Assembly: GCA_963742735.1 (NCBI GenBank)
Contig: CAVUMN010000004.1
Span: forward strand, 960,001-1,024,000
Direction of reading: 5' to 3'
DNA from: an uncultured Actinomycetes bacterium
GTDB taxonomy: Bacteria; Actinomycetota; UBA4738; JBBDTT01
DNA length: 64,000 bases
Part shown: positions 44,564 to 53,768 of the stretch, piece after piece
Layout: the number at the start of each line of letters is the position of its first letter
How positions within the stretch are numbered: the first letter of the stretch is position 1
Program-made: the position numbers and the translations under genes
The notes under the pieces: model-generated
What the model saw: the letters and a program-made list of their open reading frames with translations, nothing else
Databases searched by the model: none
Told to the model about the DNA's origin: nothing

Positions 44564-46286
44564 CGACCGGCTTCGCCGCGACCTCGAAGCCTTGGGTCAG
44601 GAGGGCGGCTCTGCCGACGCCTTTGAGCGGGTCACGGAGCGCAAGAAGCAGCTGCCACGGAAGAGACGCGTGCAGGCTCTCACCTTGGCGATCGTCCTGG
44701 TCACCGCGTCGACCGGGGCCGGCTACGCCTTGTTCCGGGCCTTCAAGACGACCGAGCCGTCTGCCGAAAAGCCGATGCCGGTCCCAAGCTCGCAGTACAC
44801 CAACGGCCGCATCGCCTTCGTCGAGTTCGAGGGCGAGGACTGGGACATCTTCACGTCGGAGCCGGACGGGTCGGACGTCCGTCAGGTCACGAAGTTTCCC
44901 GGCGCGGACTCTCAGCCGGCCTGGTCCGAGGATGGGACGAGGATTGCGTACGTCCGTCACAACCTCCCCTCGAGTACGCAAGGGAACGTCTGGGTCATGA
45001 ACGCCGACGGCAGCGATCCCGTCCGAGTCGCGGTGGCCTACGGGAATCCAGCTCCAACGTGGTCACCTGACGGTACCGAGATCGCCTACACACGCGGAAA
45101 TGGCCGCTTGTTCCGTGTGGGCGTCGGCGGTCAGGACGAGCCCGAGCTCCTCATCGACGGGGGAGTTGGTGGGTTCCCGGATTGGTCTCCGGACGGTGGC
45201 CGAATCGCCTTTGGGCGAAGCAGTGGGGGCCTCGCGATACTGGATCTCGAAACGCACCAGATCGATCAGGTCACACTGGGGCAGGACTTCGGTCCGTCAT
45301 GGTCGCCAGATGGACGGTACTTGGCCTTCATTCGAAGGATCTGCGGCCTTTGCTCGCTCGAGGTCTTCATCGTGCGAGCCGACGGAACGAATCTCCGTCG
45401 TATCACGCAGGACGACTACCACGAGCAGTTCCTCACGTGGTCGCCCGATGGGAAGCAGCTTCTCTTCGAGCGCGCCCTGGAGGGGTTCCAGGCATCCTTC
45501 CAAGGCCTTTGGACGGCCGCCGTCGACGGCTCTGGCGAACGTCAGCTCCAGACCTCAGCCTCCGCCGGCTTCTCCCCTGTCTGGCAGCCGGTACCGCCGC
45601 GGGGAGGTGCGACATTGCCTCCGCCCCCGGCCTTCGAGGGCGGGACATGCATCCTCTCGGCGGCGAACGGCGACTTCGACGGTGACGGCCGGAGCGATGT
45701 GGCAGTGACCCGATCGGAGAGCGAGCCACCTTGCCGACCACCAGACGACTCCATTGAGGAGGGCGCCTCTCTCGAGGTCGATCTCGGGAACGGCAGGAGG
45801 ATTTCGACCGAGTGTGGGAGATGCCTCGCACTCGCGGCTCCCGATCTCAATGACGACGGCCACGATGAGTTGATGATCGAGTTCGTTGCGCCCGAGACCT
45901 TGCGTGGGCCCGTGACGACGACACGAGTGGGGTTCTACGTGCTGGAACACTCGGAGCTCCATCTCGTCGAACGCTCACCGGGCGTCGAGAACTACCGGGA
46001 GGGCCCGGCGGTGTTCCCGCTAGCGCTTGGCATGCCGAAGCCGCCCAACTTCATGCGCGAGGTCGCAGGTCTCATGTGTGGAATCTCCGAGCAGGGGCGA
46101 GAACTGCATGCGATCAGGGCTCGAGGAAGCACTCGGGGGTCTTCGTTCACTCAGGACACGGCGGTCTACGTGCTCGAGGGCTCTATCCTGCATTGGAGGG
46201 AAACGCGTTCGGACACCTTCGCCTCGATCCAGACGGGGGGTCCGTTTCCAACGGCCAGCGCCTCCGTACTAGCCCTTTGCGCCTAA
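44544..46286 (+). CDS. Putative anti-sigma factor: TM + TolB/PD40 beta-propeller + FG-GAP-like C-terminus
   Basis: Overlaps the sigma gene; one TM; repeated P.WSPDG..IAF; GDFDGDG and DLNDDG motifs. Confidence 0.8.
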   Translation: MTVPTFDDRLRRDLEALGQEGGSADAFERVTERKKQLPRKRRVQALTLAIVLVTASTGAGYALFRAFKTTEPSAEKPMPVPSSQYTNGRIAFVEFEGEDWDIFTSEPDGSDVRQVTKFPGADSQPAWSEDGTRIAYVRHNLPSSTQGNVWVMNADGSDPVRVAVAYGNPAPTWSPDGTEIAYTRGNGRLFRVGVGGQDEPELLIDGGVGGFPDWSPDGGRIAFGRSSGGLAILDLETHQIDQVTLGQDFGPSWSPDGRYLAFIRRICGLCSLEVFIVRADGTNLRRITQDDYHEQFLTWSPDGKQLLFERALEGFQASFQGLWTAAVDGSGERQLQTSASAGFSPVWQPVPPRGGATLPPPPAFEGGTCILSAANGDFDGDGRSDVAVTRSESEPPCRPPDDSIEEGASLEVDLGNGRRISTECGRCLALAAPDLNDDGHDELMIEFVAPETLRGPVTTTRVGFYVLEHSELHLVERSPGVENYREGPAVFPLALGMPKPPNFMREVAGLMCGISEQGRELHAIRARGSTRGSSFTQDTAVYVLEGSILHWRETRSDTFASIQTGGPFPTASASVLALCA

Positions 46287-46343
46287 TACGCCCCAAAAGC
46301 CGCCATGGAGCTGCCCGCCGCTCGTCGTCCTATGGACGGGCGC

Positions 46344-46559
46344 CTAGCTCGGGGGGCTGACGATCTTGCCGTGGCGGACGCCGGCGAAGGGTACGCGCGC
46401 GATCTTGCCGTTCTTGTCCACGACCACGTAGGCCTCGGCGGCGGTGTCCCACTGCTTGAACTCGCCGACGACCTCGCCGACGTAGCCGTTCGGCAGCTCG
46501 TACTGGAAGGACACGCGGCTGCCCACGTCCTCCGGGCTCACGTAGTTCTGGGTCGCCAT
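46344..46559 (-). CDS. Small hypothetical protein (SH3/Sm-like beta barrel)
   Basis: DVG.RVS..Y......EVVG pattern; TACGGT -10 7 nt before ATG. Confidence 0.65.
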   Translation of the reverse strand: MATQNYVSPEDVGSRVSFQYELPNGYVGEVVGEFKQWDTAAEAYVVVDKNGKIARVPFAGVRHGKIVSPPS

Positions 46560-46581
46560 CACTCGAACCGTACCCGATCGC

Positions 46582-47466
46582 TCAGCGGAGGCGCTCGGCG
46601 CGCCCCTCGGGCGGCTCGGGGAACGCCTCCGGATGCAGGGCCCACGCCAGGATCTCCAGCCCGTCGACGATCCGCGGACCCGGCCGCGAGAGGTACGCGC
46701 TGGCGTCCGTCGCGTACACCCGCGCGCCCTTGGGCGCCTTGATCGACGCGGCCTGCTCCACGGCCTCCTCGAGCCCGAACCCGCACGGCATGAACACGAT
46801 CGCCTCGGGATCGGCGTCGTAGATCTCGCTCCACCGCACCGTCCGCGAGGGCTGCCGGGGCGCGTTCAGCAGGTTGATCCCGCCGGCCAGCTCGACCATC
46901 CCGGGGATCCAGTGTCCGCCGACGAACGGCGGGTCCAGCCACTCCAGCGCGAAGGTCCGCGTCGGCCGCAGGTCCATGGTCACCGACTCCACCAGCGCCA
47001 CTCGCTCGCGGAGCTCGGTCGCCAGGTGGAAGGCGCGCCCCTCGACGCCCGTCGCCCGGCCGACCTCCTCGATGCCGTCGAGGATCTCCTCGATCGAGAA
47101 GGGGTCCAGCGAGATCACCTGGCTCGTGCAGCCGATCTTCTCCAGCGCCTCCTCGACCTGGCCGCTGGGGACGGCGCACACCCGGCAGAGGTCCTGGGCC
47201 AGGATCAGGTCCGGCGCGATCGCGCGGATCCGCTCCTCGTCGAGGGCGTAGATCGGCTGCTGCGCGGCCATCTTCTCCCGCACGGCCTCATCGATCTCGA
47301 GCGCGGTCCGGGGCTCGTCGCTGCCGATCGTCGTGTTGGAGATGACCGGCTTGCCCTTCGCCTCCTCGGGGTAGTCGCACTCGTAGGTGACGCCCTCCAG
47401 GTCGTCGCCCAGGCCGAGGGCGTAGACGATCTCGGTCGCCGAGGGCAGCAGCGAGACGATCTTCAC
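46582..47466 (-). CDS. BtuF-like substrate-binding-fold protein without signal peptide
   Basis: KIVSLLPSATEI..ALG, ECDYP, QDLC.VC, LEW.DP, SRPGPR. Confidence 0.85.
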   Translation of the reverse strand: MKIVSLLPSATEIVYALGLGDDLEGVTYECDYPEEAKGKPVISNTTIGSDEPRTALEIDEAVREKMAAQQPIYALDEERIRAIAPDLILAQDLCRVCAVPSGQVEEALEKIGCTSQVISLDPFSIEEILDGIEEVGRATGVEGRAFHLATELRERVALVESVTMDLRPTRTFALEWLDPPFVGGHWIPGMVELAGGINLLNAPRQPSRTVRWSEIYDADPEAIVFMPCGFGLEEAVEQAASIKAPKGARVYATDASAYLSRPGPRIVDGLEILAWALHPEAFPEPPEGRAERLR

Positions 47467-48701
47467 CGGGGGAGGGCGCCCAGCCGGAACGGCGACTCCA
47501 GGACCTGGCCGAGGGCCTTCAGGGCGCGCCCGGCCTCGGCTCCGTCCAGGACCCGGTGATCGAAGGTCAGCCCCAGGACCGCGGCCGGACGCGCGACCAC
47601 CTGGCCGTCCACCACGAGGGCCTTCGGCTCGATGACCCCCAGCGACAGGATCGCCGCCTCGGGGGCGTTGATGATCGGCGTGCCGAACTCCGCGCCGAAC
47701 GAGCCGACGTTGGTGATGGTGATGGTGCCCCCGGTGAGCTGCTCGGGCGTGGCCTTGCGGGACCGAGCGGCCTCGGCGGCGGCCGCGATCGCCGCGGAGA
47801 GCTGAGAGATCGTCTTCAGGCCGGCGTCCTCGACCACGGGGACCAGCAATCCCGCCTCGGTCTCGGTGGCAATGCCCAGGTGGACGCGGCCGTGCAGGAC
47901 GACCTCTTCGCCGGCCCACGACGCGTTGATACGACGGTGTTCTGCGGCAACGTCCGCAAGGGCCCGCCCGACGATCGCCAGCGGCGAGATCTTCACCCCC
48001 TCGGCCTCGGCCTGGATCTCATCCCGGTAGGCGAGCACGTGCGTGAAGTCGACCGTGAGGAACGTGGTGACGTGGGGGATCTCCCGCCATGCCGCCGAGA
48101 GATGCTCGGCAGCTCGGCGCCGCACGCCGCGAACCGGGACGCGCTCGTCCTCGCGCGCGGCCACGGGGGCCACCGACGCGGCGAACATGTTCCGGACCGG
48201 CGCCGGGGCGGAGGCGGCGCTCTCGACGTCGTCGCGGGTGATGCGGCCGTTGGGGCCGGTGCCGGTCACCGCCGCGAGGTCGACTCCCAGCTCCTTTGCC
48301 ATCTTCCTGACGGGCGGCGTCGCGCGCACCGCCGTTCCGGCTGCCGATCCGCTCGCCGGCCGCTGGGCCTGCTTCCCGGTCGGCTCCTCGTCCGGCGGGC
48401 GGGCCGTAGCCGACCAGCACGGCCCGGCGCTTCGGCGCCGCGTCGCCGTTGCCTCCGGTCTCGACGTCGAACGTCACCAGCGGCGCGCCGACCTTGACCA
48501 CCTCGCCGTCGGCGCCGTGCAGCTTGGACACCGTCCCCGCGAACGGCGAGGGGATCTCCACCATGGCCTTCGCGGTCTCGACCTCGACCAGCGGCTGGTT
48601 CAGCGTCGACCGTGTCGCCCTCGGCGACCAGCCATCGAGACGATCTCGGCGTCCTCCAGGCCCTCGCCCAGGTCGGGAAGCAGGAAGTCCCTCGACGCCA
48701 T
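47463..48701 (-). CDS. 2-oxoacid dehydrogenase E2 dihydrolipoamide acyltransferase (frameshifted)
   Basis: FLLPDLGEGL, VETAKA lipoyl site, GTGPNGRITRDD, TFDHRVLDG; indels at about 48390-48640. Confidence 0.9.
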
Positions 48702-49680
48702 CAGTAGCCCGTGACGCCGGTCCACGGCGCGCAGGATCCGCTTTACGCTGGGGACGTAGTGCTCCTCGAGGGTCGCCGGCGGGTACGGCGTGTCCCACCC
48801 CGTCACCCGGAGCACCGGCGCCTCCAGGTAGTCGAACGCGTCCTCGACGATGCGGGCGACGATCTCGGCGCCGAACCCGGCCGTCATCGGGCGCCTCGTG
48901 GACCACGACCGCCCGGCCCGGTCTTCGGCGACCGACGCGGCCAGCGTCTCGACGTCGAGCGGCACCAGCGAGCGCAGGTCGAGGACCTCCGATCGACGTG
49001 CCTCGGCCGAGGCGCGCTCGGCGGCGGCCAGCGAGCGGGCCACCATCGCCCCGTACGCGACGACGGTCACGTCGGAGCCCTCGCGCACGACGCGCGCCTT
49101 CCCGATCGGCGCCCCGTCCGCGCTCAGGTCGCCGGACTCCTTCGACCAGTACCGGCTCTTCGGCTCCAGGAAGATCACCGGGTCGGGGTCCGCGATCGAC
49201 TGCACGCAGCAGCGAGTAGGCGTCCAGTGCGGAGGAGGGGACCACGACCTTCAGCCCGGCCGTGTGCGCGTAGTACGTCTCCGGGCTCTCGGAGTGATGC
49301 TCGGCCGCGCCGATGCCGCCGGCGAACGGGATGCGGATGACCATCGGCACCGGCGCCCGTCCGCGAGAGCGGTACCGGTGCTTCGCGATGTGGCTGATCA
49401 CCTGGTCGAGCGCCGGGTAGCTGAACCCGTCGAACTGCATCTCGGCGACCGGCTTCCACCCCGCCAGCGCCAGACCGAACGACACCCCGGCGATGGCCGA
49501 CTCCGCGAGCGGCGTGTCGAACACGCGCTCCGTCCCGAACTCTGACTGGAGGCCCTCGGTGACCCGGAACACCCCGCCGAGCGGGCCGACGTCCTCGCCC
49601 AGGACGAGCGTTCGGTCGTCGTTCGCCAGGGAGTCGCGCAGCGCCTCGTTGAGCGCCCGGGCCATGGTGACCTCAGCCAT
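48701..49680 (-). CDS. 2-oxoacid dehydrogenase E1 beta (frameshifted)
   Basis: GEDVG..GGVFRVT, DTPLAES, EMQF, EHHSES, DPVIFLEPK, DLRSL.PLD, VTGWDTPYP. Confidence 0.92.
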
Positions 49681-50749
49681 CCGCGCGGTCCTCCTCGTTC
49701 GCCAGGCCGAGGGCCTCGTCGCGCTGGCGGCGGAGCGTCTCGTGCGGCTCGGCGAAGACCCACTCGAACAGTTCCTCCACCGGCCGCGGCGGCGCGCCGA
49801 CGATGCCCTCGCGCATGTGCGCGGCCAGCTCGTCGGCGTCGGAGCTCACGGCGTTCCGCACCTCGTCGGTCAGCACCCCGGCCGCGCTCAGGTAGCGCTC
49901 GTAGCGCTCCAGCGGATCCTGGGCGCGCCACGGCTCGACCTCCTCCTCGGTGCGGTATCGGCCCGCGTCGTCGGCGGTGGAGTGGGGCCCGATCCGGTAG
50001 GTGAGCGCCTCGATCAGGGTGGGGACGGCGTCGTCGCGGGCCCGGGCCGCCGCCTCGCGGGTGACCTTGTACACGGCCAGGACGTCGTTCCCGTCGACCT
50101 GCACGCCGGGGAAGCCGTACGCCGCGGCCTTCTCGGCGATCGGTACCTTCGACTGCTGGTCGAAGGGCACCGAGATCGCCCACCCGTTGTTCTGGCAGAA
50201 GAACACGACCGGCGCGCCGAGCACCGCCGCGAAGTTCATGGCCTCGTGGACGTCGCCCTCCGACGTGGCGCCGTCGCCGAAGTACGCCAGCGAGCAGAGC
50301 CGCTCGCCGTCCTTGCGCTTGCCGAGCGCGTAGCCGACGGCGTGCAGCGCCTGCGAGCCGACCGGCACCGACACCATCCCGAACCGGTGCTCGTAGAGGT
50401 CGTACGTCCCACCGTGCCACGTGGCCCGGTAGAAGTGCAGGTACTCGACCAGGTCGATCTTGCGCACGAGCGCCGCACCCAGCTCGCGGTAGCTCGGGAA
50501 GATGAAGTCCTCCTCGCCCAGCGCGAAGGCGCTGCCGACCTGGGCGGCCTCCTGGCCGATGAGCGGTGGATAGACGGCGAGCTCGCCCTGGCGCTGCAGC
50601 GCCGTGGCCTCCAGGTCGGCGCGGCGGGTGAGCGCCATCAGCCGGTACAGCTCGCGGAGGTCCTCCTCCTTCAGCTCCAGGTCGGCGACGGCCCGCTCGT
50701 CGGCCGTTCCGTCCGGGGCGACGATGCGAAACGGTCCCTCGGCGCTCAC
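49673..50749 (-). CDS. 2-oxoacid dehydrogenase E1 alpha (probably branched-chain)
   Basis: LQRQG, GQEAAQ, FGDGATSEG..N TPP motif, VDGND, HSTADD; coupled to Leu/Val dehydrogenase. Confidence 0.94.
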   Translation of the reverse strand: MSAEGPFRIVAPDGTADERAVADLELKEEDLRELYRLMALTRRADLEATALQRQGELAVYPPLIGQEAAQVGSAFALGEEDFIFPSYRELGAALVRKIDLVEYLHFYRATWHGGTYDLYEHRFGMVSVPVGSQALHAVGYALGKRKDGERLCSLAYFGDGATSEGDVHEAMNFAAVLGAPVVFFCQNNGWAISVPFDQQSKVPIAEKAAAYGFPGVQVDGNDVLAVYKVTREAAARARDDAVPTLIEALTYRIGPHSTADDAGRYRTEEEVEPWRAQDPLERYERYLSAAGVLTDEVRNAVSSDADELAAHMREGIVGAPPRPVEELFEWVFAEPHETLRRQRDEALGLANEEDRADG

Positions 50750-51810
50750 GGGGTCCAGGTTAGCTTCAGCCGGCCGACCTTCTTCATCCGGTCGAGCGCG
50801 AACTTGTCGGCCGCCTCGTGGGTGGGGATCCCCTTCGTCTTCGCGACGTGGAAGACGTCGCGCAGGGTCCGGTAGATGCCGCGGACCCGCTCGAGCGCGC
50901 GGTCGGCGTCGTAGCCCTGGAGCTCGTCGGCCACGTTGATGAGCCCGCCGGCGTTGATCACGTAGTCGGGCGCGTACAGGATCCCGGCCTCGTGGAGCGC
51001 CGTGCCGTGCACCGGCTGCTCCAGCTGATTGTTCGCCGAACCGGCCACGATCCGGCACTTCAACTCGGGGAGTGTGTCGTCGCGGATGATCCCGCCGAGC
51101 GCGCAGGGGGCGAACACATCGCACTCGACCGCGTGGATCTTGTCGGCCTCCGCGGTCTCCACCCCGAACTCGCGGACCGCCCGCGCCACGGCGTCCACGT
51201 CGACGTCGGCCACCGTCACGGTGGCGCCGTCCTGGACGAGGTGCTGGACCAGGTGGTAGCCGACCTTGCCCACGCCCTGGACGGCGACGTGGCGGCCCTT
51301 GAGGGAGGGGTCGTTCCACACCTCCTGGGCGCAGGCGCGGAGGCCCTCGAACACGCCGGTCGCGGTCACGGGCGAGGGGTCGCCCGAGCCCCCGAGCGTC
51401 GGGGAGACGCCGGTGACGTGGCGGGTCTCCCGGTGGATGAGGTCCATGTCGTCCCGCGAGGTCCCCACGTCCTCGGCCGTGATGTAGCGGCCGCCGAGCG
51501 AGTCGATGAACCGGCCGTAGGCGCGCAACAGAACCTCGGACTTGATGCGCTTGGGGTCGCCGATGATGACGGCCTTGCCGCCGCCCAGGTCCAGGCGCGC
51601 GGCGGCGGCCTTGTACGTCATCCCGCGGGCCAGCCGAAGGACGTCCAGGAGCGCGGCGTCCTCGGACGGGTAGGGGTAGAAACGCGTGCCCCCGAGCGCG
51701 GGACCGAGGGTGGTGTTGTGGATGGCGACGATGGCCTTGAGGCCGCTGGGCTGGTCGTGGAAGAACACGACCTCCTCGTACTCGCGCCCCATCGCGTCGA
51801 ACACGCCCAC
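50746..51810 (-). CDS. vdh: Leu/Val (Glu/Leu/Phe/Val family) dehydrogenase
   Basis: LGPALGGTR, GMTYK, GGGKAVI, TAEDVG, GSGDPS, GVGKVG, GSANNQL, INAGG. Confidence 0.93.
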   Translation of the reverse strand: MGVFDAMGREYEEVVFFHDQPSGLKAIVAIHNTTLGPALGGTRFYPYPSEDAALLDVLRLARGMTYKAAAARLDLGGGKAVIIGDPKRIKSEVLLRAYGRFIDSLGGRYITAEDVGTSRDDMDLIHRETRHVTGVSPTLGGSGDPSPVTATGVFEGLRACAQEVWNDPSLKGRHVAVQGVGKVGYHLVQHLVQDGATVTVADVDVDAVARAVREFGVETAEADKIHAVECDVFAPCALGGIIRDDTLPELKCRIVAGSANNQLEQPVHGTALHEAGILYAPDYVINAGGLINVADELQGYDADRALERVRGIYRTLRDVFHVAKTKGIPTHEAADKFALDRMKKVGRLKLTWTP

Positions 51811-51878
51811 GGTGTTCGCATCCTACCCGCAGACCCGGCGCGGCAGGCCCTCTGGACGGCACCCCTAGAATGCGAACG

Positions 51879-52691
51879 ATGATCCCCTGCGCGTTCCTCC
51901 GTGTGTACCGGCCCCTCGACACCTTCGAGGAGCCCGAGCGCGGGAAGTGGGAGCGCTACATCGTCGACGGCGGCCACGTCGCTCCCGCGCGGCCGGTGTA
52001 CCGGGAGCAGTCCACGATCCTGCGGGGCCGGGTGGGGCTGCTCGCCATCCAGGAGGGCGACCACGCGGACGTGCGCTTCGTGGACGGCGTGTACTGGGTG
52101 TGCCCGTGGCGGACGCACCTGCGGGTCCTGGCCAGCATCCTGTCGCTGCGCGAGACCGCGCCGGCCGAGGTGGTCGAGGCGTTCGTCCCCGAGGCCGAGG
52201 CCCGCCGGGCCGCGCGCGAGCTCGCTCGCCTGCGCCGCCGCGACCCCGCGGCCGTCCCGGCCATGCTCCAGAGCCCCTGGCACGTCCCCATCCGGTGGTT
52301 CGCCCTGTTCGACGAGGAGGAGCGGCGCGTGGTGGAGCGTCCCGAGGGCGGCCACCGCCTCTTCTACTGGACGCCCATCGGGACCGCGCGGCGCCGGGCC
52401 GAGGCCGCGCTGGAGGCCCTCCAGCGCGCTCAGCTCGAGCCGGTGAGCTCGATGATGCGGGAGTTGCTCGACTGGCTCTCCGCGTTCGATCCGCGCTCCG
52501 CCGTCGAGCTCGACTACGCGGAGGTCTCCTCGATGTTCGGGTGGGACGAGCTGGACAACGACCACAGCGCCCGGGACATCCAGGCCGCGGTCACCGGGCT
52601 CTTGGAGGGCGACCTGACGCTGGCCACCGAGAAGTACCAGGCCGTCGCGCAGCACTGGGCCGAGGTTCGAAGCCGCGAATCCCTCAATTGA
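51879..52691 (+). CDS. Conserved actinobacterial hypothetical protein between vdh and bldC
   Basis: LRVY.PL, CPW, WHVP.RWF, VELDY motifs; TAGAAT -10 7 nt before ATG. Confidence 0.8.
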   Translation: MIPCAFLRVYRPLDTFEEPERGKWERYIVDGGHVAPARPVYREQSTILRGRVGLLAIQEGDHADVRFVDGVYWVCPWRTHLRVLASILSLRETAPAEVVEAFVPEAEARRAARELARLRRRDPAAVPAMLQSPWHVPIRWFALFDEEERRVVERPEGGHRLFYWTPIGTARRRAEAALEALQRAQLEPVSSMMRELLDWLSAFDPRSAVELDYAEVSSMFGWDELDNDHSARDIQAAVTGLLEGDLTLATEKYQAVAQHWAEVRSRESLN

Positions 52692-52847
52692 TGACCGCAC
52701 GCCACGCTCGAAATCGGGCCATACCTGGGTAGTTCTCACCCACCCACCGAAATTAGCCCGATTTGTCTATGTAGTTTCGGGGTTCTCGCGCCGACAATTC
52801 GTACGAAAGCGTTGCCCGACCGCATGCCCGACAAGGAGGTTAGACAC

Positions 52848-53033
52848 GTGGACAACGGGCGCACCCGTGAGAAGCTCCTCACGCCCGCCGAGGTTGCTTC
52901 GCTGTTTCGAGTGGACCCCAAGACCGTGACGCGTTGGGCAAAGGCCGGAAAGATCTCGTCCATCCGCACGCTCGGGGGCCATCGCCGATACCGCGAGGCG
53001 GAAGTTCGCCAGCTCCTCGGCGCCGCGTCGTAA
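52848..53033 (+). CDS. bldC: BldC MerR-like developmental regulator
   Basis: LLTPAEVASLFRVDPKTVTRWAKAGK..SIRTLGGHRRYREAEV; AAGGAGG RBS. Confidence 0.96.
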   Translation: MDNGRTREKLLTPAEVASLFRVDPKTVTRWAKAGKISSIRTLGGHRRYREAEVRQLLGAAS

Positions 53034-53070
53034 GGGACTCAACCGAAACCGAACCGAACACCAACACGAA

Positions 53071-53110
53071 GACGTCCCGGCCGGATCTCCGGCCGGGACG
53101 TCGTCGTTTC
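53071..53110. terminator. Strong hairpin between convergent bldC and tRNA-Phe
   Basis: GACGTCCCGGCCGGA/TCCGGCCGGGACGTC perfect stem. Confidence 0.8.
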
Positions 53111-53124
53111 GTGGCTCACCCCGG

Positions 53125-53197
53125 TGGCGAGGGGCGGATTCGAACCGCCGACACCGCGGTTTTCAGCCGCGTGCTCTGCCAACTGAGCTACCTCGCC
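53125..53197 (-). tRNA. tRNA-Phe(GAA)
   Basis: GGCGAGG acceptor, CT-GAA-AA loop, TTCGAAT T-loop. Confidence 0.96.
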
Positions 53198-53239
53198 TCG
53201 CTGCAAACGAGACCGACCTCTTCGGCCGGCCTCGCTGAG

Positions 53240-53314
53240 CGGTCCGGACGGGATTTGAACCCGCGATCTCCGCCTTGACAGGGCGGCGTCCTAACCAGAC
53301 TGGACCACCGGACC
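53240..53314 (-). tRNA. tRNA-Asp(GTC)
   Basis: GGTCCGG acceptor, CT-GTC-AA loop, TTCAAAT T-loop. Confidence 0.96.
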
Positions 53315-53329
53315 AAGCTAGATTTCTTG

Positions 53330-53402
53330 TGCCCCCAACGGGATTCGAACCCGTGCCGCCGCCTTGAAAGGGCGGTATCCTGGGCCGCTAGACGATGGGG
53401 GC
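53330..53402 (-). tRNA. tRNA-Glu(TTC)
   Basis: GCCCCCA acceptor, CT-TTC-AA loop, TTCGAAT T-loop. Confidence 0.96.
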
Positions 53403-53514
53403 AAGGCCCGCTCCCAATCTCGCCGGGGGCTCTGCGGCAGTATAGCGCCCGGTTGCCCCGGCCCCACCCCGACCGTAGGCTACGCCGACGCCCCGCGTGG
53501 AAGGACTCGAAGCG

Positions 53515-53763
53515 ATGAGCGACGTCAAGGACAAGATCCGTAAGTTCCTGAACGACGAGGTCCTCTTCGAGGAGGGCGCCAAGATCGCCGACGACCAGGC
53601 CCTCGTGGGCGACGTGCTCGACTCCCTGGCGCTCATGCAGCTCGTGGAGTACATCGAGCAGGAGTTCGAGATCGAGGTCGCCGACGAGGACGTCACCCCC
53701 GTCAACTTCCAGACGCTGAACGACCTCGAGCGGTACGTGAAGGACCACGCGGCGTCCGCGTAG
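53515..53763 (+). CDS. Peptidyl/acyl carrier protein (PltL/RedO-like)
   Basis: LDSL Ser motif, IEQEFEI..VNFQTL. Confidence 0.92.
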   Translation: MSDVKDKIRKFLNDEVLFEEGAKIADDQALVGDVLDSLALMQLVEYIEQEFEIEVADEDVTPVNFQTLNDLERYVKDHAASA

Positions 53764-53768
53764 GGCCC

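Noticed and set aside
48380-49220. Multiple frame breaks in E1 beta and E2
   Set aside because: All catalytic and lipoyl motifs are retained without in-frame decay; treated as a locally poor consensus
53041-53070. AACCGA-like short tandem repeat after bldC as a CRISPR or iteron
   Set aside because: Only about 30 bp, no spacers and no cas or rep gene; no CRISPR array was seen anywhere in the window
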